64,000 nucleotides of DNA from Octopus sinensis (taxonomy: Eukaryota): the NCBI RefSeq assembly GCF_006345805.1, contig NC_043009.1, positions 62,744,001 through 62,808,000 on the forward strand, in the 5' to 3' direction. The translations under genes were made by a program, and so were the position numbers. The notes beneath the pieces are model-generated. The model saw only the letters and a program-made list of their open reading frames with translations, was not told where the DNA came from and did not search any database. Each line of letters begins with the position of its first letter. The stretch's first letter is position 1. Positions 10,601-25,300 of the stretch are shown in pieces.

Positions 10601-13600
10601 AGGTTTGGCCTTTTTTTTTTTATATCAGTTTTACAACACTGTGATTTAGAATATTAGCAGACTTAAAAGTTTGAAGAACACAGAAAAACATTTTTGTACT
10701 GTTAATTTAAACACTGATTTTAGTGGGACTGGTACCTGTGTCCATACATGGCACATAAAAAAAACAAAAAAAAAAAACACCATCCGAGCGTGGCCATTCG
10801 CCAGCCTCGTCTGGCACCTGTGTCAGTGGCACATAAAAAACACCATCCGAGTGTGGCCGTTCGCCAGCTTCTTCTGGCACCTGTGTCGGTGGCACGTAAA
10901 AAGCACCCACTACACTCATGGAGTGGTTGGCTTTAGGAAGGGCATCCAGCTGTAGAAACACTGCCAGATCTGACTGGCCTGGTGCAGCCTTCGGGCTTCC
11001 CAGACCCCAGTTGAACCGTCCAACCCATGCTAGCATGGAAAACGGACGTTAAACGATGATGATGATGTACTGATATAAGTGTGTTGATGTATTTGGTGAG
11101 AAAAGATGTCAGGTCACCAATTTTATTGTTGATGTAGTCGTTAAACTGAAAATGTTGTGATACAGATGATGGTAATGAATACAAACAAGTTGATGAAACA
11201 AAAGATATCTCCAACATCAAAATTCTTTTATAAAGCTGATAATTAACTGTATTTGAATGTACCCAGAGAAATGTATAATGAAATTGAGAATTTAAAGATA
11301 GCGTAGTCAAACAGCTATAGGAATAAATTTAAGTTTGTTATCACATAATGTTGTGACTGGGTATGTGTCTGTGTGAGCAACTGAATTATGTGTACTCTAT
11401 GTATTTATATGAATTGTATATCCTTTAACTGCTTATGTATGACAGTGTTACATAGATTAATGTATGTAAGAGTAAAAGAAATTTGAGAGAATCTTACATA
11501 TGGACCAGGCTGAATGGTCTGAAACCACAATCGAACCAAAAGCTTATATTACCTCACAGTGAAACCTATAGAATGTTCCTTGAGTAATTTCGTGCGAAAG
11601 CTAAAACAGTTCCTTTGAGGTTTGCCAATTTCTATCAAGAACTTTTATTAAATGTGATTGGCTGTAATATATATGTTTCTTTATTACCCACAAGGGGCTA
11701 AACATAGAGGGGACAGACAAGGACAAACGGATTAAGTTGATTACATCAAGCCCAGTGCGTACTTAATTTATTGACCCCCCCCCCCCAAGGATGAAAGGCA
11801 GAGTTGACCTTGGCAGAATTTGAACTTAGAACGTAATGGCAGGCGAAATACGGCTATGCATTTCACCTGGCGTGCTAACGCTTCTGCCAGCTCGCCGCCT
11901 TATTGGCTGTAATATATATGTTTCTTTGTTACCCACAAGGGGCTAAACATAGAGGGGACAAACAAGGACAGACAAACGGATTAAGTTGATTACATCAACC
12001 CCAGTGCGTACTTAATTTATCGGACCCCCCCCCCCCACCAAAGGATGAAATGCAGAGTTGACCTCGGCAGAATTTGAACTTAGGACGTAACGGCAGGCGA
12101 AATACGGCTATGCATTTCACCTGGTGTGCTAACGTTTCTGCCAGCTCGCCGCCTTATTGGCTGTAATATATATCGGTGTGTTGGTTAACTGTGTGGGTGT
12201 TTATTGCTAACTTTTATAAAATTTACCAAATATTGTTATATCAATGAAATGCAGATTAAAATTCAGAATTGCAGTAAGATCAAGTCTGGCGAGCAATCAA
12301 TGTAATTATGTAGTAATTTGATCCAAGTGGGAAACAATATATTCGTTATACTTGCTATATTTTCTCCTGGGTGTGGGTATGATAAAGCTGGTATCATGTA
12401 TTATTTATGTCTTACCTTTGACTTATTTTATCTAATGCCTCAAAACCTTATTGGACTCTGTAGCAACAACTTTCTGTTTGGTGTTTATGTAATATAAACT
12501 AGTCCCTTTTTTCTCTAGAAGAGAAAGGAACTCCAGTGAAAGGACAAAGAAAAACCAGGGAATCGTCTGCCAATGAGAAAAACAAGAAAGGAGATGAAGA
12601 CAATGTAAAGAAACGAGTCACCCGGAGTCGATCCGGGGCATCCGCAAATAAAGATACCAAAGCGAAAGAGAAAGGACAGCATTCAGATTCCTCCAACTAC
12701 GATTCTGAGCTGGAGAAAGAAATCAATAAATTGTCTCAGAAAGTTACTGTAAAGAAGTCGGGAGAAAGAAGAAAGAGAGGACCAAACAAAACGAAGAGAA
12801 AGAGAAATGTCAAGAAAGGTTTGTATCAATGTCGTTCAACCTTTTGTTTGTGTGGTGTGCATTGATTGTAGGTGTTGTGTTAGCATGTGCTGTAGGCGCA
12901 GGAGTGGCTGTGGTAAGTAGCTTGCGAACCAACCACATGGTTCCGGGTTCAGTCCCACTGCCTGGCATCTTGGGCAAGTGTCTTCTGCTATAGCCCCGGG
13001 CCGACCAATGCCTTGTGAGTGGATTTGGTAGACAGAAACTGAAAGAAGCCTGTCGTATATATGTATATATATATATATAAGTATGTGTTTGTGTGTCTGT
13101 GTTTGTCCCCCTAGCATTGCTTGACAACCGATGCTGGTGTGTTTACGTCCCCGTCACTTAGCGGTTCGGCAAAAGGGACCGATAGAATAAGTACTGGGCT
13201 TACAAAGAATAAGTCCCGGGGTCGATTTGCTCGACTAAAGGTGGTGCTCCAGCATGGCCGCAGTCAAATGACTGAAACGAGTAAAAGAGTAAGAGTATAC
13301 CTTTATTGACTTCATTGTTCTATTTTGTTGTTTTTTTTTTACAGCTAATGCCGGAGAAAACAATGCAGATGTATCATTTTCTGATTCCTCTCAAGAGTCT
13401 GAGCAGTCTTCAGATGAAGAAAAGTGTGTCAAAGAAGTTAGTAATTAACCTTATTTAAATTTCTTTTTAGAATAGTTAGAAAGTTATATTATTTTGAAAG
13501 AAATTCTTGTCAGATTTCAAAATAGAAAGAAACAAATGTCTCTTTGATATATTTACCCTTTTGATACTTAACCACCCATGGTCACCCTTAATTTAGAGAC

Positions 13601-16600
13601 TATATTTACTATATTCCTCATTATTTTAAAACTTAATTGAAAGAAAATTTCTGTATTTTAACAGAAATGTGGTATTTCACCTCATAATTGGTAATCTTCT
13701 CTATTTAGCAAATTTTTGACCCTTTCAGTATTAAATTCTTCAGGTTTTGAACCAAAAAAACACTCAGTATAATTTTTAACAATTAATAAACTGTTTTCCC
13801 TCAAAATAATGTTGCAGCAATCTGAAAAGATGGCATTCAGGGGGAACAACATCAGGAAAGTAAGGTGGACAAGAGAAAACATTTACTGCTATTATCATTT
13901 CCTGAGTGAATTGGGCAATATCACCATTACTCATCATTTAACGTCTGCTTTCCATTCTGGGATGGTTTGACAGGTGTCAACCAAGCTGAAACTTGCACCA
14001 GACTTCTGGTGACTATTTTGCCAGGATTTTTACAGCTGGATGCCCTTCCTAACACCAACCACTCACCAGAGTGATTTTGTATTAACATGTATGAGCAGCA
14101 CCCCTTTATGATTGACCAACGAGGAGTGATTTCCTGCAGATTTTTATGCAATGCTTCCAATTTGATCACTACTTTGCCACATTTAATTTTTGTTTTAACA
14201 GAGTGAAACTGGCCAAACTCATTGGCATGTCCGAACACTTAAAACTTAATTTTCCATAGACAGAATGAATATTTCTTGCCATTTCCATTGTTGAAGAATC
14301 CTTTTGTATTCATACAGCATGCAGTGTCTGATACGGGGTTTGATCTAAACACATTTTAAAAGGGTAAAATTGGTACAAATTTAATCACTATTGTATAAAA
14401 TAATCTGAAAAAAAAGAAAGAGAAAAAAACACATCAAGATTATTTAACTGTAAATATTGAAAAAGTGCTCTCAAAGAGTGATCTTGTCAAAATTGCAACT
14501 GGACTTTCTTTGTAAACAAATAGTATATTGGTAACTTATTTATTTGCTCGGTAGAAAGAATACTTAATTTTAGTTCTTTGATAATTTTAATGATTGAATC
14601 AGTTCAAATTAGCAAATACTGAGTTGTTTGAATTTTTGTTTTCATTTTAACTACAACGTAGCAGACGAAGACTGTAGTAGTTTAAATTTGTGATTTCTGT
14701 ATCATAAGGGGTAGGCAACACAAGATGATGTGGTAAATGCTACTATAGTCACTTAGTCATCAAAGTTTTGTAACATTCAGTACAATAAAACATAGTGATA
14801 GAATTAATGAACCAATAAGACAGCCTCTATTTGAGCATTCGATATACTAGAAATAACAGCCAAATTTCCCTTGTATGATACCCAGTTGCTTTAGAAAAGA
14901 ACACAATAATAGTTGTGGCTGTAAAAAGTTGTGATGGTCAAGGCTGGATCAATTTTTATCTTAAGTCTGCTGGGTCATGATTTAGACTAATCTACAGTAG
15001 ACTCTATTGTCTATACTGTGATGCAAACTTAAAAAAACTCATTCAGATACGATGGTGCATAGTTTTGCAATATTTTGGTAATTTATTTTGCATTATTCAT
15101 TAAGTTACTACAAAAGCAGCCTAGTATTCAAAGTAGAGGGCATTGTGTTGCAGTGCCAGTTCTTTGATCTCACACTGATACTAGTTCTGGGCTCTCGAGA
15201 CGAAGAACTCCTTGACTGAAGCTTCCACTTCTTCTCGGATGATAAAGTGTTGTAAGTGATGGATCAGAGCAAGTAATAATTTGAGGGAGTTAGGTCTGAA
15301 CTATATGCTGGGTGTAGCATCAGTTTGATTCCCTTAAATTCCTGGAGTTTATTCTGGGTTGTTCAAGCAGTTTGAGTTCTTGCATTGTCTTGCTGCAGAA
15401 GAGATCACTTTCTGTTTAACCAATGCTGGGTACTTTACCTGCGCAATGACATGCATCTACTCCAGTTGTTTGGAGTACAGGTTGGTATCAAGGATTTGAG
15501 CATCTGAAACAAACTCCTAGTGAATAATCCTCTCGTAATTCCACTGGACACAGAGCATCACCTCGTGTTCAAAGCACCTATGTTTGGCAACAGGTTTTAG
15601 AAGCCTAACCCTTGCTTAACCACTGCTTGTGCATGTTAGGATTGCAGAAAAATATCTCCCTTGGATTATTGTTTGGGTGCCACTTTGGCATGTGATCTAT
15701 AACTTCAAGGGCGATTACATTAGGTTAGTTTGTTACTAAGAAATTTCCAAAATAAAACAATTTACAATGTTAAAGTATGTACAAAAGAATTTATTGTAAA
15801 AAGTCTTTAGCCAACATCTTAAGGGATTTTAGAAATTGAAAAGTAAACTAAAAGGTAACTTAAAGTAATTGCTCTTTAGGTTGTAGATCACCCACCAAAG
15901 TAGCACCATCACTTGTTCCTTTCATCCTATTGGGATTGTTAAAATAATAAGTACCAGCCTTGTACTGGATGAATTTTGAGCCTTCTTTACATGTTTCTTT
16001 CACATTAAATATTTTATGACAAAGAAGTTTATTTGTCGTAAAATATAGTTTCATTTTGTAAAAAATTAATTCTTAGATGCAAAAAATATTTTACCAAAAC
16101 AAAAACAAAAACAAAATTTATTGAAGTATGTTTTTTTTTTATTTTGTGTGTGTACTAATTTGCTATTTATAACTACATTATTTGTATGACTTCAATTACT
16201 GCAGGAAGTTGATCAGAAGATAAAGGAGGAGGAAGAGAAAGCCATGACTTTAAGTATGATGGATAAAGAAGGAGAGGATGAAGATGATGATGATAGCTCC
16301 GATACTGATAGCAGTGATTCAGGTATCTCATTATTTTTCTTTGTTTCGCTTTATTTCTTCTTCTACTTTATTTGCTTTTTGTCTTGATACACAATGAAGT
16401 TGGTTGTTCTAACTGTTGAAATCTGTTTTATTCCCCACCAGAAATCATTACTAACAAGAAGCGGAAGCGATCAGATAAGACCAAAAAAGGCGGAGACGAA
16501 TCAGATTCCCATCCAAAGAAAAAACAGAAAAGCAATCGTCTTTTACGAGCAAAACTGTCAGAATCTGGATCTGATAAATCTGGAGACGAATCCGAAAAGT

Positions 16601-19330
16601 AAGTTGGATTTACTTATTTTCATCCCATTTGGTGATGGCATTTATTAAAATGCCTTTGTGGTCTTTTAGTAATTAAGATGTGAAGATAATTGGCGTTGTG
16701 GTTGGAATGTTAGCCTCATGATGAGAAAGTCATAAACATGATTCATTGATCGGTCAGCAGATTGTGTCTTTGAGCAAGGCATGTCATTTTGTGTTATTCC
16801 AGTCTATTTAGCTAAAACGTGACAGCTGGAAGGCAAGATGGGTGCACCAGCACTTAAAATAATAAAAAAAAAACAAACGTTCTGTCAAATAATCTTTCAA
16901 ATGGTGCTCCTAATATTTGGAGAAAGGTGAGCAGAGTTTTAATTTTATTGTTTAATTACTAGACAGGAAACGAATCAGATTGGCTACACAAAATAATAAT
17001 GTTAATTGCTTTTCTACACCTAAAATGGACATGTCATTTAATTAGCATGGCACTCTTTTTTTTCTTTCCTTCTCTATTTTCACCATTGTTACCTATGTGT
17101 TGGTGTTAGAAAGGGCATCCTTTTGTAGAATTCATGCCAAAGCTGACACTGGACCACTACGTAAGTCCTTGGCCCCATCAGATCCTATCAAACTGTCCAA
17201 CCTATACCAGCATAAAACTGGGATGTTTAATGATGATGATGATGTGTGTACTCTTTTACTCTTTTACTTGTTTCAGTCATTTGACTGCGGCCATGCTGGA
17301 GCACCGCCTTTGGTCGAGCAAATCGACACCGGGACTTATTCTTTGTAAGCCCAGTACTTATTCTATCGGTCTCTTTTTGCCGAACTGCTAAGTGACGGGG
17401 ACGTAAACACACCAGCATCAGTTGTCAAGCAATGCTAGGGGGACAAACACAGACACACACACACATACATATATACGACAGGCTTCTTTCAGTTTCTGTC
17501 TACCAAATCCACTCACAAGGCATTGGTCGGCCCGGGGCTATAGCAGAAGACACTTGCCCAAGATGCCAGGCAGTGGGACTGAACCCGGAACCATGTGGTT
17601 GGTTAGCAAGCTACTTACCACACAGCCACTCCTGCGCCTGTGTGTGTGTGAAATATTAACATTGTTTCACCATCATTTCTCTTATATGTAAACATTATTA
17701 TACCTGAGCCATACATATTTATATAGTTAATTAATGTGTGCCTAGGCCTCCTAGCATTGGGTCCTAGCATTGCAACACACTTAGCATGTACCTTGGGCAT
17801 TTAAACCTTCCAAAGCCTGTCTCTCTCCAGGCCTAATCTAACCTGATTTCTCCCAGACAGCGTTGAGGGGAAGGGAGGTATAGAGAAGAAATAAGTGGTA
17901 CTTTATTTATCCTAAAGGTAGAATTGAGTACATGGCTACTGTAAGGCTTTCCATCTGATACTCGGACAACCTATTCGATTCACCTATAGATACATAGAAA
18001 GAGAGAGAGAGAGAGCGAAATAGTGATAATTTCTGGAATCAACTGTGTGTGACAGTCAAATAGATCATCATCATCATCGTTTAGTGTCCGCTTTCCATGC
18101 TAGCATGGGTTGGACGGTTCAACTGGGGTCTGTGAAGCCAGAAGGCTTCATCAGGCCCAGACAGAGCTGGCAAACGGCCACGAACGGATGGTGCTTTTTA
18201 TGTGCCACTGGCACGGGGGCCAGGCGAGGCTGGCAACGGACACGAACGGTCGCGAACGGATGGTTCTCTTACATGCCACCGGCACTGGTAACACATCTGC
18301 AATTTCCATTGATCGATTTCGATTCTGATCCTCACTTGCCTCAACAGGTCTTCACAAGTAGAGTTTTGTGTCCCAAGAAGGGAAGGTATGCATACGTAGG
18401 CTGGCTCCATCCTATGTAGAAGGCCACGGGTTATGGACTCACTTGTCCTGCCAGGTCTTCTTGCGCACAGCACACTTCCAGAGGTCTTGGTCTCTAGTCA
18501 TTTCCTCAGTGAGACCTAAAGTTCGAAGGTCGTGCTTCACCACCTCGTCCCAGGTTTTCCTGATATTTTAAAAAATTAAATGACATTCTGAGAGAGAAAC
18601 TACCATTTATCTGCTCTCTTCCGTTGGATTATTAATTTTTGTAATGAATTAAGTTGATCTGCTAATCAGTTTATTTCTGTATTAATTAGGAAGAAGAATA
18701 AAAACAGCGATGACGACGACGACGACGAAGATGCAGAGATAGACGAAGACGAGGAAGAGGAAGAAGATAGTGGCAGCGGTAGTGCAGTTTCTAGTTCTGA
18801 ATCTTCGGAAGAGGAGGAGGATGAGGACTCTGACGAGGGGTCGAAGAAGAAGAAGAAGAAAAAGAAGAAAGGCTCTGAGAGCAAAGGTCGGTCATATAAA
18901 AAGAAAGGGAAGAAGGGAAAACGTCGGAAACGTATTAAAGCACCAAAGAATTCATCAGATTCTGATGTAAGTGGAGGCATTTCGGCGTGTTCTTATGTCC
19001 AATGTATTTCTGTTGTTCGCTGCTGGTCAATCTGATCCTGTAGTGACCATCCCTGTGTTATTTTTTCTCTTCTATGATTTACATTGTATTCCATATCTTC
19101 CTTTTTTAAAAAGAAGATAGGGTTTAATTTGAAGTCATTTTGGCTGCTATTTCTAGTAGGCTTGTGAACTTGTAGAGAGGTTTACTAAATATATATACGC
19201 ACATATATATATATAAATTAGAAAAAAAAAACATCTTTTATATAATATATATATTGTATTTTGTGAAATTTGATTCAGTATTTCTAAATTGAATTTTTCC
19301 CTGTAAGTTTGGAATAATATTCTCTCATAT

Positions 19331-19377
<47 letters not shown>

Positions 19378-22300
19378 TATAGTGTGGCCCAAAAGTAGGT
19401 TTACAGTTATTCAACTATCTCTTTCACATTCATATATTAACAATTTAAATCTTAATTATAAAAAAATATGAAACCATTAATCTGTGCTAATTTAGTTACT
19501 TGTAAGATAGAAATTTAAATGTAATAAAACGTTTGAAAAGAAATTTGAAGTGCCTATGTGATAATTGCAAACCTACTTTTGGGCTACTGTATATATATGT
19601 AAAATAATTTATTTGGTAAAGCATTATGTTGAGTGAGTGACCTCTTGCTATGGATCATAGAAAAGTAAATGAAAATAGTGTTACCCTGATTCAGGGACTT
19701 TTTATCACAAGGAAAGCAAAAAAAAAAAAAAAAAAGTAGTCTTTTATAAATGACTTGTTACTAGTGTAGGGGTGGCTGTGTGGTAAGTAGCTTGCTTACG
19801 AACCACATAGTTCCGGGTTCAGTCCCACTGCATGGCACCTTGCGCAAGTGTCTTCTACTACAGCCTCGGGCCGACCAAAGCCTTGTGAGTGGATTTGGTA
19901 GACAGAAACTGAAAGAAGCCCGTCGTATATATGTGTGTGTATGTGTTTGTGTGCCTGTGTTTGTCCCCCCAACATCGCTTGACAACCGATGCTAGTGTGT
20001 TTATGTCACCATAACTTAGCGGTTTGGCAAAAGAGACCGATAGAATAAGTACTAGGCTTACAAAGAATAAGTCCTGGGGTCGATTTGCTCAACTGAAGGC
20101 TGTGCTCCAGCATGGCCACAGTCAAATGACTGAAACAAGTAAAAGTAAAAAAGAGAGTGTATTTCAGAAAGTAAAGTAACTCATAGTGTGGCTTCAGTGA
20201 ATGATTGGATTGCTAATGTCTTTGTAGAGTGTGAGTGAGAAGATATTCCTCTTCAGGCTACTGTCTATGGCTGGAAATTACAAGTTTGAATAAAGCTGGA
20301 TTGTGGAATTGAACTGTGATTGGAGATTTGACTTTTCCAAATTACCTCTACTGTGCAACACGCACTTTGTAATACTATAATTATATATCATTAACTAACT
20401 CACTGAGTTGAAAAAAATACAGATTCATAAGAACGAATGGATAGCATACAGGAGTAGTATGACGTGGGCTGTTAGTTCAAGTTTAAAGTTCATCTAGCTA
20501 CCAGCTTCTTCAAGAACATCTTTTGGTTGCATGATTTGATGATGATGAAAGTGATGGGAAACTGTTCTGTTGTCCTCTTTCTTAGACATTTTGTAGGTAT
20601 GTTTTCATGTATACATTAACTGATAACCATCTTCTATGCAATAACACACGCACACACACTGAACTGAAATTAATTCCTGTTATTAATGCATTTGTTTTGT
20701 TTTTTGTTGAGCTATTCAGTTGTTTTCCTAACAATACTGTTGTATTTGCAGGGAGAGAGTGGCGATGATAAAAATTCACGCGGACCAAGTAAAAGAAAGA
20801 AGATTCGTAAACTTATTTCCGATAAGAAGTTGACTGACAGCACAAAAGCTGCAGCTAAAGCAGAAGAGGAAAGACGTAAACGTGTCAATGAACGACAAAA
20901 GAAAGTAAGCTTTTCATCTTCTAACTTGACCTTCCCCATTAGTTCTGTTACTCTCCCGCCGCCTGTTCTTATATCTGCGGCATTACATTTCTGTAGTTAC
21001 ATTTGCTGATATCTCTATTGCTACATGTTGTACTCTGTATTGCCACATGAGCTATAGTCTCAACACCGTCGTTCTTCTTTGCCTTCAGTTCAACCGAGTG
21101 ATAGCTGACACTAATGTTCCAGCTAAATGCCCAGTGACCAAAAGGTTGGTTCTTGCCTTTGACAAAGAAGAGAAACCCATTTTAGAAGTTGCCAGTAATC
21201 TAATTACAAAACTGAAACCCCACCAAGTTGAAGGTAAAAATATTTGTATTTCACTAATTACAGTGTAAAGTAGAAATGTTTCTTATTTGCATAATTTCAA
21301 TAATTCATCCTTAATTTTTTTTTACTTGAGATCCTATTTCTTATCATCTTTTACAGGTGTCCAGTTTATGTTTGATTGTTGTGTTGAAACCCTGTCTCAG
21401 CTGAAGAAAGAGGAAGGTGGCGGTTGTATATTGGCTCATTGTATGGGTCTTGGGAAAACTTTATCTGTGAGTAGTTTTAATTTACTGACAGATTAATTTT
21501 CTATGTTTGATTACTATTCAATCAATATTTATTGCTTTATTCCTCTTTTTTTTTCTTCTCTTTTTTTCAAGCTAATTACATTTGTGCACACCCTCATGGT
21601 GAACGGGAACAAAACCAAAATGACTACCTGTCTTGTCGTCTGTCCATTGAATACAGTTCTTAATTGGAAAGATGAGTGGGAGAAGTGGGATGAAAATGAG
21701 GATTTAATGGTAAATTGAAATATTCTCTTAAACTTATTTCAACATCACCTTACTGAAAAATACCTCTGTTACCCTTTTAGCATCCAAACTGTTTGAATAA
21801 ATTATATGTTGTGTCACAGCATCTAAATTTTGATGAGATGTAATTGTGTTTATTTTTACAATGACATTGTAAGGTTGGTGTGAGAGGCCGGATCTAACCA
21901 GTTTGAACATAAAACTCGTAGAATATTTGGGCTTGATATGACAGGCTTAACCCTTTAGCATTCAGATTACTCTGTCAAATGTAAAGCCTGTTTAATCACA
22001 TTGTTTTAAATTAATTGTACAGCATCTTGTAACTCAGAGATTTTGATAATGTCCCTATTTATTTTTAGAATGACTTTGTAGGGTAGGTGTGAGAGGTTAG
22101 AGCATAAAACAGGAAGAAAATTTTGGCCTGATACGGCCGGTTTAAACACTAAAGGGTTAAATGTTAAATTATGAATTCATATCTTTGACTAATGACTAAA
22201 ATGTCAATATTACATGAAAGTTTGAGCTCAGTACATAGATGCTTGCTTTGCATTATTAAATTGAATACACTTCATCAGATCTCATAATTTTTTACTATTC

Positions 22301-25300
22301 TAAAAATTAAAATATGACATTTGAAATACTTTTAAACCATAATTCCACTCAGCTGACATCAGTATATTTGTAGGTGTGCACAACTATCATTAGCATGTTG
22401 TGACTGTATGCAGCTGTAATTATGTCATCAGGTGTAAACAGGTATCATTAGTGCTCTAGGTATACACTGATATCATTAAGGTGTTGACAAGTTCTTTATG
22501 GCTATCATCAATGTTTCATAACACATTTTTATATTGGTTTTGAATTTTGGCACAAAGCCAGAAAGTTCGGGGATTGGAGTAAGTTGATGCGGTTAAGCAT
22601 TTTGCTCAGCATGCTAGCGATTCTGTTAGCCACTGCCTTCTTCATCGTCATCGTCATCATCGTCATCACCACCGTCACCGTCATCCTCCTCCTCCTCCAT
22701 CATTATCATTTGACATTTGCTTTCCATGCTAGCATGGGTTGGACGATTTTGACTGAGGCCTGGTGAACCAGATGGCTGCACCAGGCTCCAAAACATTTTT
22801 ATATTGTCATGACAACACACATGCTGTTCTACCATCACATCTTAAATTAACTTAATTGGTTTGACAAAAATGATGACTAAAAATGAATTATAAAATGAAA
22901 ACAAATAACTTTATAAAACAATTTTATCTCTAACTAGCAGTATCACCCGGCGTTGCTCGGGTTTGTAAGGAAAATAACTATATAAGCATTTTTAGAGATG
23001 TAAAGTATAATAGCCATCTCTATGGCTAACCACAAAGGGGGGTGTTACTGTAGCTTTTTACGGTCTGAGATTTAATAATACATTTCTAGAGAGTTACTTC
23101 CCTTATATAATAGCAAAAAAATGCATTAAAAATGGGAAAAAATGATGGTAAATTTTTTTTAAAATCGTAGACTCATTGTAGACGCGCGCTAATACCCAGA
23201 AGGGCTCGATATGAATCACGACTATGAGATACCCGCTTTTGGTTACACTGCACCGCAAAATGTGGGAGTAGTTAGGAATCTAAATCGTAGGAGACACACA
23301 CAACTTCACTTTTATATATAAAGATTTCTGACCAAAGAAGCTGAAAAGTTGAGATTAATTTATATTATTGTGGCTGAAGCGGGGCAAGCAGACAGAATCA
23401 TTATCCTGCCAGACAAAATGCTGAGTGGTGATATTTCTTCTAGTTGTTAATGTCCAAATATTATGGGTGTTGACTTTACCGTTCCTTCTTTCTGGGTTGG
23501 TAAAATAAGCACCAGTTAAGGAGAATTAGTGACAGAAGTAAACATTAATTTTAATATTTAGTGAATATAAATATAAATGAAAATCTAAGAAATAAATAGG
23601 AAAACTGAAGTGGAAAATTGAGAGCTTTAAATAAAATATTGTTTCTTGGCAGTAAGGTAAAATTTGTTGGGTGTAATAATATTAAAGTGAGATTTTTACA
23701 CAGTATTACTGAAAGTGTGAATTAAATGGAAGTTGATTCTCTTTGACTTATCTCTTGGTTTATATAAACCATTTGTTTTATTTCATAAAATTGATCTGTG
23801 ATGTGTATTTTCTTTGGCATCTTTTAGGTATACGAAATGACAAATGTCAAAAACAATTTTCATCGTACCGATGTTCTGAAGAATTGGCATGAGAATGGCG
23901 GTATTATGATCATAGGTTATGAAATGTACAGAAATCTTAGTCAAGGTCATCATGTGAAAAATAAGAAACATAGAAAGATTTTTGAAGACTGTCTTGTTAA
24001 TCCTGGTAAGTCAGCTTACTAATTCTTGTATACAATAGCTTTTTTTATGTGTTAACTTTTGTTAACCGTTTTAACCTTTTTAGATGTTTGTTGCATTAAA
24101 AGAACTAACCAGGTGTAACTCACATATGTGAAATAACACTTTGACTCTGCTCCATTTGTCCAAGTGTCTTCTACTTCAGCACCAGGCTGACCCAATCCTT
24201 GTAAGTGGATTTGTTTGACAGAGACTGAAAGGAACCCATTGTGTGTGTGTGTGTGTGCCATTTCATGGTTGCTTGTTTCCAGTTTTTCACATAGGCCTGT
24301 CCAGTCTATTTGTTGCTCAATAGACCGGGAGATTATTATCCTCACTTGGACATGGGTTGGGGAGAGGAAAAGCATTTGGCTGTAGCATACTCTCATTTGA
24401 CCATTGCAAACATGAAAAAAATAGTCATTAATGCAATGATGTTGATCTCCATCCTACACTTTGTACTAATTAAAAAGTCAATGTGTAAAATCAATACTTT
24501 GTCTTGGGTTATAACTTTATAAAATCTTTTCTTAAAATATTTACTTTTTAAATTATCATAAATTATTAGAAATCTGTCAGATAGAATGTAGTAAAGTAAT
24601 TGACCATAGATATATTTGTTGGTTGTTTTGTTAAAAGTGAGGTACTAAGGCTTTGTTATTCAGCTTTAGTGTAGAAACTCACTGTCTACTTGTCTCACAT
24701 TATTGGATTTTCCATTTGCTGAATCTTCCTTTTGTCTTTATTTTCAGGTCCAGATTTAGTGGTGTGTGATGAAGGTCATGTTCTTAAAAATGATTCTTCA
24801 GGAGTGTCGAAAGCAATGAATAGAATTCACACAAAACGTCGTATAGTTCTCACTGGAACTCCATTACAGAATAACTTAGTAGAATGTAAGTGTTTCTATT
24901 TCTATTGTGTCCCCATCTCTTTATTGTAGACTGTTGTAAAATATGCGTTTCTTCCTATTGAAATCGGTCTGTGCTACTTTTACCTGTCGTCTACATCAAG
25001 ACCAATACAACTGCTGTCGTTACCAACTTGCCAATTCCTTAATGACCGACAACAACAGCATGAATACTGTAAGCGACTCCATCTAAAATATTAAGATAAT
25101 GACCTGAGGTAATGCAGGACCGCATTGTATTTTGGAAGTTGGATGAAATGTCTTTGATCTTAGGTCAGTGAGGATTTGTTTTGAGACTAAACAGTAAGGA
25201 TAATACAGTTAACAAGAACAATATGACCTCCACCAAAACCAACACAACCCACGCCGAAACCAATACATCCAACACCACTACAACCAAATCAGTAACTTTT

